Assembly (NCBI GenBank): GCA_041391825.1
Contig: JAWKNF010000014.1
Location: forward strand, 3,116 to 67,115
Reading direction: 5' to 3'
DNA: 64,000 nucleotides
Source of the DNA: Flavobacteriales bacterium
Lineage (GTDB): Bacteria > Bacteroidota > Bacteroidia > Flavobacteriales_F > PHOS-HE28
In this document: one piece after another, positions 10,147 to 20,053 of the stretch
How the letters are laid out: each line of letters opens with the position of its first letter
Position numbering within the stretch: position 1 is the first letter of the stretch
Made by a program: the position numbers and the translations under genes
The notes under the pieces: generated by a model
What the model saw: the letters and a program-made list of their open reading frames with translations, nothing else
Databases searched by the model: none
What the model was told of the DNA's origin: nothing

Positions 10147-10725
10147 ATGCCTAAGCCGCGCATCATGGACCGCAAACGATTCCTCCTTGCCACGCTCGCT
10201 TCAAGTGTTGTGGCGCTGATCGGTAGAGCACAACAAATGACCATGAGCACGACCAAAGGGTACAAGGTGGCGGCCGGGGAAACGCGGAACGGAGAGCACT
10301 TCAAGATGAAGGGCGTCACGACCAACACCTTGGACCTGAAGGTCGGAAGTGCTGACACCGCTGGCGGAATGGCGGTTTTTGAGCAGATCGGACAAAGCCC
10401 GAACGGCGGACCACCCTTGCACATCCACCCGGACCAGGACGAGTTTTTCCATGTGCTGGAAGGTGAATACCGGTTCCAGGTGGGCGAAGATCGTTATTTG
10501 GGCACCACGGGCGACCTGATCTTCCTTCCACGTGGCGTTCCGCATGCCTTCATCCAGCTGACCGAGAATGCCCGCATGATGGTGGTGTACCAGCCCGCAG
10601 GCGAAATGGAAGGGTTCTTCCGAGAGACCGCCAGTTGGAATGCCCCGCCGACAAAAGAAGAGGTCGCGCGTGTTTTCGAGGCCCACGGCATGCGGGTGGT
10701 GGGCCCGCCTTTGGCCGCCGAATGA
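10147..10725 (+). CDS. Exported cupin-domain protein
   Basis: The N-terminus MDRKRFLLATLASSVVALIGRAQQ looks like a signal peptide. The cupin_2 core is GGPPLHIHPDQDEFFHVLEGEYRFQVG...GDLIFLPRGVPHAF. Confidence 0.65.
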   Translation: MPKPRIMDRKRFLLATLASSVVALIGRAQQMTMSTTKGYKVAAGETRNGEHFKMKGVTTNTLDLKVGSADTAGGMAVFEQIGQSPNGGPPLHIHPDQDEFFHVLEGEYRFQVGEDRYLGTTGDLIFLPRGVPHAFIQLTENARMMVVYQPAGEMEGFFRETASWNAPPTKEEVARVFEAHGMRVVGPPLAAE

Positions 10726-10828
10726 GCCGATTGAGCACTTGTCGTTGTCAACGCACAAGAAAAAGTAGGCTGGTAGCGGCAACCCTTTGGTAGGTGGTCG
10801 CGTCTTTCAGTTGTAAAGCCTACTTACC

Positions 10829-10930
10829 ATGAGCTCCATCATTCGCCGTATACCTTCGACCGCACTGGCGTTCGGTCTGTATGCGCTCATCGTGGCCTTC
10901 GCTGCGGTGGTGTATTTCTTCTCCGCCTGA
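10829..10930 (+). CDS. Possible 33-aa single-TM small protein (speculative)
   Basis: Hand-found ORF below the track cutoff: MSSIIRRIPSTALAFGLYALIVAFAAVVYFFSA. Its only supports are ORF integrity and one hydrophobic helix. Confidence 0.2.
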   Translation: MSSIIRRIPSTALAFGLYALIVAFAAVVYFFSA

Positions 10931-11077
10931 TCCCGAGCGATCCGGCTGTTCGGCCCGCCGCCCTTACGGAGCGGCTCAGCGAACAACTTACCGATCCGGC
11001 CAAGCTACCTTGACCCGGAGCGGGGAAGGTCTTCCCTCCGACAGGACAGGTCGAAAGCCCCATGGGATGCGTGGGGA

Positions 11078-11085
11078 TACTTTTG
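11078..11085 (+). promoter_or_regulatory. Candidate -7 promoter box (TAnnTTTG)
   Basis: TACTTTTG lies 40 nt upstream of ATG 11125. No clear -33 TTG. Confidence 0.3.
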
Positions 11086-11124
11086 TGCTGGACCACCTGA
11101 CCCCTGTCTTGGTTCGCTAAGCCC

Positions 11125-11361
11125 ATGCCCCGCCTACGCTTCCACTGGGATTTCTTCGGCCCCGATGCGCCGATCACCGCACAGCATTTCCTCAAGCACG
11201 TGGACCAGTTCTGCGACCGCGAGGGGATCCGCGACTACCAACATGCCATTACGAAGCATCCGGTGCGTTGCACGGCGGTGCTGGAGTGCGACGAGCAATA
11301 CCTGAAGGTGGTGCGCGATGCCCTGAAGCCCGTGCGCGGCGAGCGGGTATTGGAGGACTGA
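11125..11361 (+). CDS. Hypothetical small protein (78 aa)
   Basis: Clean ORF preceded by a -7 box. No recognisable domain. Confidence 0.45.
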   Translation: MPRLRFHWDFFGPDAPITAQHFLKHVDQFCDREGIRDYQHAITKHPVRCTAVLECDEQYLKVVRDALKPVRGERVLED

Positions 11362-11365
11362 GGCC

Positions 11366-12985
11366 TTAGCGCACGAAGCGCACCACGGAGCGCCGATCGC
11401 CGGTGACCCACTCAACGAGGTAGACGCCGGGATCGATACCGCGTACATCGTTGTGCAAGCGCTGCGTGCCGGCTGGCATCCGCGCCGAGAGCAGCTTGCG
11501 TACCAAGCGGCCGCTGCTGTCCAAGAGGTTCAGTTCGCCGGTCGCTGCGCGTTCCAGATCCAGGGTGATGAGGAGCTGCTCACCGTTCGGGGAGAGTGAT
11601 ACTTCCAGGGTGTTGGACGTGGCGGTAGGGTCGATCAGGCCGGTGCTGATATCGCGTACGAGCAACACCCGGAACACGCGTGTGCTGGCGGAGCTCTGTG
11701 TGCCGTTGTTCACGAAGAAGATGTTCGCCGCGCTGCTCTGGATGCCGCCTACGATGTGGCCAGCCAACACGGTATCGCTCTCCAGCGCGTCGAGGTCGAT
11801 CACGTCGTTGAAGACCGTTGGTACGTTGGGCGCCGTAATGAACTCCGCGCTGGAACCCAGGAGCGCGGGCATGGTGCCGATGGCCGTTTCCAGCATCGAC
11901 CCGTCCCCGCTCCGTTGCACCCGACTGATGGTGTTGACGAAGGGCACGTTCACGTCATCCCAAAGCTGTCCATTGCCATCGAAATAGTAGCGGCCGATGC
12001 CGCCGAAGAATACCGTGCTCATGGTATTGGAGCTGCTCGTGAAGGCCGGTAGGTGGGCGGTATGGTACTGATTGAGCAATTGTTCGAATTCCGATACCAC
12101 CGTGTAGCCCGAAGCGGTGACATCCACTGTGTTGAGCCAGGGGATGTTGCTCGTGTACTGGAACACGCCGGAGAAGGCCGTGAAGCCGAACTCGCCATTC
12201 GGGAACACCTGCGGAACGAGGTTGTAATCGCGCCGGTGGAGGTTGGCGGTGTCCACGGTCTGTGCGTAGTCCGTGATCGACAGGGTCGTGCCGTCATCCG
12301 CGATCCGGAATTTGCGGATGGCGTTGGTGTACTCCTGGATGAAGCCCGGGCCGAAATCAGGGCCCATCGGATTGTAGCGCCCCATGAAGCGTTGCCCGCC
12401 GACCAAGTAGAACTCGTCGTTCAGGTAGCCGAGGTACCCGCCGGTAACGGCCATGCGGCTGTCGGCCAGCTGCCGGAAATGCGGGGTTAGGGACGTACCG
12501 TTCTTGATGGCCGCGATCGCGCCGGGCACATCAATGGCCGCCAGTCGGCCGTGCGTGATGTGGTCGTTCGACGTTGGTGAGAAGCCATAGCCGCCAATAA
12601 CGTACAGGGTGTTACCGCGTTGGAAGAACTCGATGTTGGTGCACTGTAGTTGTTCGTACAACGCCGTGGGCAAGGAGGCGATGCTCGCGCTCCACACCTC
12701 GTTCGTGGTGGGGTCCACCACGTGGGCCATGGTGTTGTTGGCCGAAGCGAGGAAGGCGGCGAAGGGTTGACGCTGATGCAAGCCATCGGTGCGTCCGCCA
12801 ATAAGCAGCCAGTCGTTGCCGATCTGCCCCCATGCAAAGGATTGTACGCCGGGCATGCCGGGAATGGTCACCTCCTCCAATACGATGCGTCGGTCGCCGA
12901 GGTCTTGCGCAGCTAGGGGGAGGACGGATAGGATCGCGACGACTACGAGTAACGATGGACGCATGAGGGAAGGGTGTTTCCGCAA
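11366..12985 (-). CDS. Secreted Kelch-like beta-propeller protein with a T9SS type A sorting domain
   Basis: Signal peptide MRPSLLVVVAILSVLPLAAQD. Blades: WLLIGGRTDG, LYVIGGYGF, FYLVGGQRF, VFFGGIGRYY. C-terminus: LNLLDSSGRLVRKLL...GVYLVEWVTGDRRSVVRFVR. Confidence 0.6.
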   Translation of the reverse strand: MRKHPSLMRPSLLVVVAILSVLPLAAQDLGDRRIVLEEVTIPGMPGVQSFAWGQIGNDWLLIGGRTDGLHQRQPFAAFLASANNTMAHVVDPTTNEVWSASIASLPTALYEQLQCTNIEFFQRGNTLYVIGGYGFSPTSNDHITHGRLAAIDVPGAIAAIKNGTSLTPHFRQLADSRMAVTGGYLGYLNDEFYLVGGQRFMGRYNPMGPDFGPGFIQEYTNAIRKFRIADDGTTLSITDYAQTVDTANLHRRDYNLVPQVFPNGEFGFTAFSGVFQYTSNIPWLNTVDVTASGYTVVSEFEQLLNQYHTAHLPAFTSSSNTMSTVFFGGIGRYYFDGNGQLWDDVNVPFVNTISRVQRSGDGSMLETAIGTMPALLGSSAEFITAPNVPTVFNDVIDLDALESDTVLAGHIVGGIQSSAANIFFVNNGTQSSASTRVFRVLLVRDISTGLIDPTATSNTLEVSLSPNGEQLLITLDLERAATGELNLLDSSGRLVRKLLSARMPAGTQRLHNDVRGIDPGVYLVEWVTGDRRSVVRFVR

Positions 12986-13036
12986 AGCTGCGCGGTGGCC
13001 GCCGAGCGTCCTGTGATGAATGTCACTGATAGGGCA

Positions 13037-14402
13037 TCAAACGAACCAGCGGATGATACGCTCCTTCAGCGAAGTGTAGGGCGGGAACTGCAGCCCATGC
13101 TCGAACAAGGTGCTAGCGCGCACCAGTCCCTTGTGATGTGAGAAAAGGTCGAACGTGGCTTTGCCGTGATAGCGTCCCATGCCGCTGTTACCCACGCCTC
13201 CAAAGGTCAATTCGGGGTTCCCGAAGTGCAGTAAACAGTGGTTGATGCAGCCCCCGCCGAAGGGAAAGCGGTCCGTGAAGAAGCGTTGCGCGTTCCGGTC
13301 ATTGCTGAACACATAGGCGGCCAAGGGGTGCGGGTTGCGCGCCACGGTCGCAAGTACTTCTTCCTTCTCCGTCCACGGGATCACCGGTAGGATCGGCCCG
13401 AAGATCTCCTCCTTCATCACCGGGCTGTCCAACGAAACGTTGCTCAGCACCGTGGGTGCGATGTATCGCTCCGAAGCGTCGTGCTGACCACCAACGACCA
13501 CACGACCATCTTGCAGGAAGGCCTTCACGGCATTGAAGCGCTTATCGTTCACCAGTCGCGCGAAATGTGGGCTCTCCTTCGGCTCCATACCATAGAAGCG
13601 TGAGATGTTCTTCGCCAAGGGCCTCGTGGAAGCGATCGATCACGGAAGCATGGACCAGGCATGATCACTACAGATACAGGTCTGCCCGGCATTGAAGACG
13701 GCTCCACACGATGCGTTGTGCGGCGCTGCCCACATCGGCCGTTGCATCAACGATGGCCGGGCTTTTCCCGCCCAGCTCCAAGGTCACTGGCGTCAGGTGC
13801 GGCGCTGCCATGGCGATCTTCCTGGCCTACGTTCGGGCTGCCGGTGAAGAAGATGTGATCGAAGCGATGGGGTTCGATCAACTGCGGACCGACCTCGCGC
13901 CCTGCGCCCTGAACGACCAGTACATATTCGGGAGCAAGGACCTCTGTGATGATGGTCTTGATCAACGCAGGTCGCTGGTGCTTTGCTGCTGGTTTCACCA
14001 CGGCACAGTTCCCGGCGGCCAGGGCACCGATCAAGGGTGAAAGCACCAGGAGCACGGGATAGTTCCATGGAGCGATGATCAGCACTACGCCGAGCGGCTC
14101 TGGCCGCACTTCACTGGTCGCGAGCTGCAACGAAAGTGGTGTGCTCGGTCGTTCGACCGCATCCACGCCTTCATGTGCTTCAGTGCGTGGTCGATCTCCG
14201 CGTACACCAGGCCGGACGTCGCTGCGTAGGCCTCGAAGCGCGGCTTGCGTATGTCGCTGTGCATGGCCGTTAGAGCGCCTCTTCGTGCTTTTTGATGGCC
14301 GCACGGAGGTCCTGCAGCGCTCTCCGCCGAGCAGCAGGAGCGCGTTGCGCCGCGCTCGAAGTGTTCGCGCAGTGCCGCGATCCGTTCGCTCAGGTCTTTC
14401 AC
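13037..14402 (-). pseudogene. Aldehyde dehydrogenase (ALDH3/fatty-aldehyde DH-like), with at least 5 frameshifts as assembled
   Basis: GTG 14402 gives MKDLSERIAALREHFERG. Further pieces lie in three frames: [82 protein letters not shown]. The C-terminal ORF 13037-13618 has EEIFGPILPV...GGVGNSGMGRYHGK. Confidence 0.7.
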
Positions 14403-15321
14403 ACAGCGAAGGAACGAACTAAAGGGATGTGTTTCGTGAAATGGACCGCCGAGTGGCTGCGGCCAACGCTCAACTCACCTGCCAAAGTGTTACGACGAAC
14501 AACACGAAGCGATAGGCCGAGTGCGAACTGGAGGCCGAACAGCATGGCCACGGCCCTCCAAATGGCACCACCCCAGGAGCAAGCGAAGAAGCGCTGACCG
14601 ATGCCGATGGTGACCCAGAGGTGAAGGAGTATCAGCGGGATGCTCAGGTATGTATCCACATCCACGAAGTTGGCGTTCAGACCCAAGGTGTTCAACAAGA
14701 GGACAAGCAAACCGAAGGCCGTGCCCAAGAAGATCGTGGAGACCCACACATGGAAGGACATCAGCTCGAAGGATGCGGTCACATACGCACTGATATACGA
14801 CCGTTTCCGAACGTAGAGCAAGGCCGCGGGAAGTGCTAGAAGGAATACCATGAACACCAATAAGAGCTTGGCATTGTTGGCCGGAGGCAGGGGCGTAGTG
14901 TACGATCGCATTCTCCAGGGTGACGCCCGCGTGTTCAGGTGCTGTTCCACCATTTCATTCGCCCAAGCGCTGCATGGCATGTAACGCATATGACCATCCA
15001 GGGTGGTGTTGAAGGTCTGGAAAACCGGTATGGCGAAGTAGATGAAGTTGGCCAGAAAGAAGAAGGCCACGGGCCGCATGTACTTCACGCGCTGTCTGGT
15101 CATGTATTGGCCAGGGAAGAAGCTCAATTCGCCGGGCCTGAGCACCACGGCCTTCAACGTACCTCCAGAATTTGCTGTCCGAAGGTGAAGGCATTGAGCA
15201 GGGCACCGAGGTAGTGCTTCAACGTGTGGTCGTCCGGTGTAAGGACCTTCTCGCCACAGGCGGAACAGTAGCGACCGACCACCACGCTTCCGCAGCTCTT
15301 GCAGGGGATGGCTTCGCTCAT
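14399..15321 (-). CDS. DUF3667-type zinc-ribbon membrane protein, with frameshift(s) near 15160-15185 as assembled
   Basis: ATG 15321 gives MSEAIPCKSCGSVVVGRYCSACGEK (two CxxC). ORF 14399-15157 supplies the multi-TM body. Its stop overlaps the ALDH GTG start (GTGA). Paralog of 19286-20038. Confidence 0.6.
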
Positions 15322-15347
15322 GCCAGCGAAGCTAAGCGGGCGCGACC

Positions 15348-16220
15348 TTACGGCTGGACCAGGTCCGCCAATCGCACCAACTTGTATTCCGGCGAGCAGT
15401 GGAACAGGTGCTTCAGGATCCCCATATGCCCGGCCCCGAAGAGCACGAGGATACGGTCATCGGGTGATGTGGTGATGTCCTGGATGTTGCGGAAGATGCG
15501 CAGGTTGCGGTCGTACCAGTGGATGGCGTGTACATCGGCTCCGCGGTGTCCTGGGAGTTTGAAGTAGCCGTTCAGGTAGGCGCCGTAGCCGCGGTCCAGC
15601 GCATGGTCGTCGTTCATCGCTAGGAAGATATCCAGCAAGGTGTTGTGCTTCTTGGCCTTGTCCGTGGCCGTGTACCACTGCGAGTAGCGCTCGGCAATGG
15701 CATCCTCGCCGCCGAAGTCCCAGCCTTGGTAAAGACTGTCCAACCAAGGTGTGTAGCGCAGGCTGTCCGGGCTGTTGTACAGGTCCATCACCAAGGGCAT
15801 GGCGTCCACGGCGTACATCGTATCCAGCTTGGCGCGATCCATCATGCGGAAGCCGATCTGGTAGAATTCGTTGCGGTCCAGCTTGCTTTCGCCGCGCCGA
15901 TATTCGTTGTACTCGTGCATCAGCCAGCCGCCCTGGGTCTCCACGCAGAGTTTGTTCGGCTTGAAGCTCAGCACCACGTCCAACAACTCGTTCAGCTCCT
16001 GTTGCCGTTGCGGCGAAAGCACATCCACGCGGTCGTCCTCGGCAGTTACATGCGCGTCCAGGTCCGGATAGCCGAAGTGGAAGGTGCCCAGCAACAACAC
16101 CTGCGGGAGCGGATCGTGGCCAATGAGGATCGCATCCGGATCGGGCATGGTGCCCTGTGCGGAAAGTGTTGATGTGGCGAGCAGCAGGGCCGTCAGAACG
16201 AAGAGCTCGATGGTGCGCAT
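15348..16220 (-). CDS. Exported TraB/GumN-like (DUF5694-type) protein
   Basis: In ORF 15348-16277, ATG 16220 gives MRTIELFVLTALLLATSTLSAQG. It has an LLLGTFHFGYPDLDAH motif. The family assignment is from memory. Confidence 0.45.
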   Translation of the reverse strand: MRTIELFVLTALLLATSTLSAQGTMPDPDAILIGHDPLPQVLLLGTFHFGYPDLDAHVTAEDDRVDVLSPQRQQELNELLDVVLSFKPNKLCVETQGGWLMHEYNEYRRGESKLDRNEFYQIGFRMMDRAKLDTMYAVDAMPLVMDLYNSPDSLRYTPWLDSLYQGWDFGGEDAIAERYSQWYTATDKAKKHNTLLDIFLAMNDDHALDRGYGAYLNGYFKLPGHRGADVHAIHWYDRNLRIFRNIQDITTSPDDRILVLFGAGHMGILKHLFHCSPEYKLVRLADLVQP

Positions 16221-16417
16221 GGTAGTTGATCGTGTTGATGCCACAAGGCTATTGTCGCTGTGCTGCACCTGTGGCACTGGATCGGCGGAAGTGCCTGCGG
16301 ATCGGCAGGGACGGCAGAATGCTCTGCGGGGCGTTCGCAGAGCGTAAGGGGTGATCCGCCGATCGTTCGAGGCCGAGCGAGGTCAGGGGTGATAGCTTCG
16401 TTGCCGCACCCTGCGCC

Positions 16418-17500
16418 ATGTCAACGCACGTAATCACCGGAACAGGATCGCCGCTCTTTCGGCACGACGGGCGTTTCCGCATCGCCGCGGCCATGCTCCT
16501 GCACACGGGCTTCGGTCTGCTCATGGGCTTCGGCGCCAACCTTATCTGGTGGATGCGGACCGGCGATGCCTCCTTCACCGATCGGCCCTATTCCCTGCTC
16601 TTTGCATCCTACCACGCGCTCACCGCAGCGGCCATGCACATCCTTGTCCTGCGGAATGCGCAGAAGCGGAATGGCGATCTGCTGCGCATGTTCACGGGCA
16701 TGTTCGCCTGCATGCTCCTCTTCTTCGCGCTTCGCTGGACGGGTGACCAGTGGTTGTTACCTGCACTTGGCACCGAGCCCAACTACCCGCCGCGAACAGG
16801 CTTCGTATCCTTCGCGTTGGACAACATTCTCTATGCTCTGCTGCCCATCGGTTTCGCCACGCTGGTGTATCTGGTCGAGCAACAACTGGTGCAACACCAG
16901 GAGCGCAGCGAACTGGTTTACCGCGAACGCCTCAGTGAACTCGACATGCTTCGTGCCCGCATGGCGCCGCACTTCCTGTACAACACGCTCAACAACCTTT
17001 ACGCGCTGTCGCAACGTCCCGGCACCGACCTCGGCCCGGCGCTCATGGACCTCGCCGATCTGATGCGCTACATCGCCAAGCACCAGGACGAGTTCGTCGC
17101 TATCAGCACCGAGTTGCAACAGGTGGAACGTTTCATCGCATTGCAGGCCCTGCGTTACGATCGTCCGCTGAACATCGCGATCGACGTGGAGGATGCCTTG
17201 CGTAGCGTGAGGATCCCCGCCATGCTCCTGCTGCCCCTGCTGGAGAACGCGTTCAAGCATGGCGACCCCTGCGATGCGCAGCAGCCGCTCCACCTGCGCT
17301 TCACCAAGGATCACGAACGCGTTCGCATCACCTGCACCAACCGGGTCGGTGCACATGGCGGTGATGGATCCTTGCCTACAGGAAACCACAACCTTCAGCG
17401 ACGACTCGAACTGCTGTTCGGTACGCGCGCTTCTGTTTCGTTCCGCAACACCGATGATGCCCGGTACATCGCCGGGCTTTCGTTCCCCTTTTCCCTGTAA
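16418..17500 (+). CDS. LytS-type sensor histidine kinase
   Basis: Multi-TM N-terminus, then LRARMAPHFLYNTLNNLYAL (His_kinase H-box) and an ATPase-like C-terminus. Followed 3 nt later by a LytTR regulator. Confidence 0.75.
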   Translation: MSTHVITGTGSPLFRHDGRFRIAAAMLLHTGFGLLMGFGANLIWWMRTGDASFTDRPYSLLFASYHALTAAAMHILVLRNAQKRNGDLLRMFTGMFACMLLFFALRWTGDQWLLPALGTEPNYPPRTGFVSFALDNILYALLPIGFATLVYLVEQQLVQHQERSELVYRERLSELDMLRARMAPHFLYNTLNNLYALSQRPGTDLGPALMDLADLMRYIAKHQDEFVAISTELQQVERFIALQALRYDRPLNIAIDVEDALRSVRIPAMLLLPLLENAFKHGDPCDAQQPLHLRFTKDHERVRITCTNRVGAHGGDGSLPTGNHNLQRRLELLFGTRASVSFRNTDDARYIAGLSFPFSL

Positions 17501-17502
17501 AG

Positions 17503-18195
17503 ATGGAAGCACTTCGCTGTCTGGTGGTGGACGATGAACCTCTTGCCGTGGAGGTGCTTGCGGGCCATGTGCAACGTACGCCCAGCCTAGTGCTCGCTGC
17601 CTCCTTCACGGATCCCATCGCCGCGTTCCGAAGGCTGGAGGAAGGTGGTGTGGACGTGGTGTTCACCGACATCCGGATGCCCGATCTCAGTGGGTTGCAG
17701 CTGATCAAGTTGGCGCATGGAAAGTGCCGCTTCGTGATCTCATCCGCCTACGCGGAGCATGCCATCGAAGGCTTCGAGCTGGATGTGGTGGACTACCTGC
17801 TCAAGCCAGTGCGCTATGAGCGCTTTCTGGTGGCGGTGGAAAAGTTGCGCACCCGTTCCAATGCTTCTCAGGAGCCACACGCGGCCGACCACTTCTTCCT
17901 GAAAAGCGGCCATGAGGTGCTGCGCATCGATCATATGGACGTGGCGCACATCTCCGCGATGCGCGATTACGTGGCGGTGCACACACGCAGCAAAGGCCGT
18001 ATCCTGAGCTTGGAGAACCTACGGGATCTGGAGCAGCGCCTTCCTGCGGACCGTTACTGCCGCATCCACCGTTCGCACATGGTGGCGTTGCATGCCATCG
18101 AGCGTGTGGAGCGCGACCATGTGGTGCTGGCGGGCACGCACCTTCCGATCAGCGATAGTTATGCGAAACGCTTGAAGGCGATGTTGGGTCCTTGA
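17503..18195 (+). CDS. LytTR-family response regulator
   Basis: REC domain (LRCLVVDDEPLA...VVFTDIRMPDLSG) plus LytTR domain (LRIDHMDVAHISAMRDYVAVHT...CRIHRSHMVAL). Confidence 0.85.
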   Translation: MEALRCLVVDDEPLAVEVLAGHVQRTPSLVLAASFTDPIAAFRRLEEGGVDVVFTDIRMPDLSGLQLIKLAHGKCRFVISSAYAEHAIEGFELDVVDYLLKPVRYERFLVAVEKLRTRSNASQEPHAADHFFLKSGHEVLRIDHMDVAHISAMRDYVAVHTRSKGRILSLENLRDLEQRLPADRYCRIHRSHMVALHAIERVERDHVVLAGTHLPISDSYAKRLKAMLGP

Positions 18196-18276
18196 ACCAA
18201 CTTTTACAAACCAATGTGCCGAGGTTCTGTTCGTGGTTGATGGTAACGGGGACCTGACGCTGAAGATCAAGATGGC

Positions 18277-19273
18277 TCACGCCGCCAATATGAAGTCCGT
18301 ACCCTCCACCAACCCGCGTGAGGCAAGGAACTCCGCGATCCTATCTCCGGTGCCGCGCTGACTGATGAAGGAGATCACGAGTGCTTCGCAGGGGCCGGGC
18401 AGCTCGTCATGCGGAATGAAACGATAGCCCGGGACCTCCCGTGGACGGACATCGGTGAAGGCCTCGATCCGCAGACCTTGTGCTTCCAACAGACGAGCGC
18501 GCTCGCGGCAAAGGTTGCTGGTCCCAGCGATGATGATCGGGCGGCCATCAGCGAACTTCCGGCGATACCATGCGTCTATCCACTTTGCCTTCGTGCTGAA
18601 GAAGGCATCCACGCTGTAGTTGGCATGCGTGCGGCTCAGGCGATGGGGGTGGTCGTGCCAGGTGAGCAGTTCCTCCGGCAGCTTCGCGAAGCGTACGCCG
18701 TGATGCATCCAACGCAACCACAGCTCGTGGTCCTCGGGGAGTGGCCCGGTATCGTACCCACCGAAGTCATCGATCAGTTCACGGCGGAACAGCACCGTGG
18801 GATGTGCCAAAGGGGCGTCCACGAAGCGTTTCACGTAGTGGTCGCGTGGCGAAAGGATCGCGTTCTGCCATTGCACGAACCAGGCCATGCCGCCGCTCTT
18901 CTCCACCGTGGTCTCGAATGAGGTTCGCGTGCCGACCACGCCGATACCGGATGACTGCATCGAGGAAAGCGACCTGCTTCGCGAGCCGTTCCGGATGGCA
19001 GTTATCGTCTGCATCCATGCGGGCGATGTACGTGCAAGCGCGTGTTGTGTGCCGGTGTTCAAGAGGCATGCGCTATCCCCTGGATCACGGATCTTCGATC
19101 GGCGATGCGTGGGTCCTTTTTACTCCAACTCCGGGCGATGTCGATGGGCTGCTGTCCGTGGACGCATTGTCGATGGGATGACTTCCATTCGCCCAACGAT
19201 TGTGCCGCGATACTGGCGATGGCCGCATCGAGGGTGGCAGCGGCTCGGAAGGGCGGAGGACGGAGACGCGCAT
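18277..19273 (-). pseudogene. Family-2 glycosyltransferase with a C-terminal Rossmann-like extension, with at least 5 frameshifts in the 5' 350 nt as assembled
   Basis: ATG 19273 gives MRVSVL. Pieces lie in three frames: [71 protein letters not shown] 18277-19062 supplies the rest. Confidence 0.55.
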
Positions 19274-19285
19274 CGCAGCGTGTGC

Positions 19286-20038
19286 TCAAGATGGCCGCAC
19301 GAACACATCCCCCAAGGGAACTAACATCAGCGCCACCAGCACCGTGCTCGGCAGCACGTACAAAGCTGGAAGAAGCTCAATGGCACATGACCAGTGCCTT
19401 GACCGAATCCACGTCGAACGCTTATGCAGGGCGATACAAGCCCAGATCATGATGGAGAAGATGATGAAGAAGTTCAGGACCTGCAGCACCGGCCACAGTT
19501 TGTTCAGAGGTAAGAGTGTTGTCGCAGCCAGGAGGTACGTACCCGCAGCGAATAGATAATGGACCAAGCGCTCCACCCAGCGTAGTTCGGTCCCGGGAAA
19601 GAGCACTCGATCGAACAGCGCGATCATCATCAACCACAAGGGCAGCAGCAGGTTCACGTTGCTGGACATCCAATGGTTCACCTGCATGGCGGGTGTCTGC
19701 GCGGGTCCAGCACCGGTGGTGGCTTCCACGGCGGCGTCCACTGGGTCCCAATCGAGCAGCCAGCGCATGATGAAGTAGTAGGCGACCCCGAAAAGGAAGT
19801 AGCGCACCGGGGGTGTGAACGAGGCGCGTTTGCCGGCGAGGAAGGAACGGGTCAACTGCCCCGGCCCTTTGAGGAACTCCCGAAAGGTGCGCAGGATCGG
19901 CGCATCCACATTGAACAGCCCGGAGGCGAACTCGCTGATCACCTCGCCCAGCTTGATGCCCGGCGGCACGCGCTTTTGGCCGCAGGAAGGACAGTAGGCA
20001 CTCTCGAAGGGATGGCCGCAGTTGGTGCAAGGCTGCAT
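19286..20038 (-). CDS. DUF3667-type zinc-ribbon membrane protein (intact paralog)
   Basis: MQPCTNCGHPFESAYCPSCGQK followed by several TM helices. Same architecture as 14399-15321. Confidence 0.65.
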   Translation of the reverse strand: MQPCTNCGHPFESAYCPSCGQKRVPPGIKLGEVISEFASGLFNVDAPILRTFREFLKGPGQLTRSFLAGKRASFTPPVRYFLFGVAYYFIMRWLLDWDPVDAAVEATTGAGPAQTPAMQVNHWMSSNVNLLLPLWLMMIALFDRVLFPGTELRWVERLVHYLFAAGTYLLAATTLLPLNKLWPVLQVLNFFIIFSIMIWACIALHKRSTWIRSRHWSCAIELLPALYVLPSTVLVALMLVPLGDVFVRPS

Positions 20039-20053
20039 GTGGGAAAGGTATGG

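Noticed and set aside
10931-11124. Possible SRP/4.5S-like or other small RNA in the GC-rich spacer
   Set aside because: Local hairpins exist, but the conserved SRP domain IV sequence (GGUCCGGAAGGAAGCAGC-type) is absent on both strands. I cannot match any Rfam family from memory. An Infernal scan is needed before any call.
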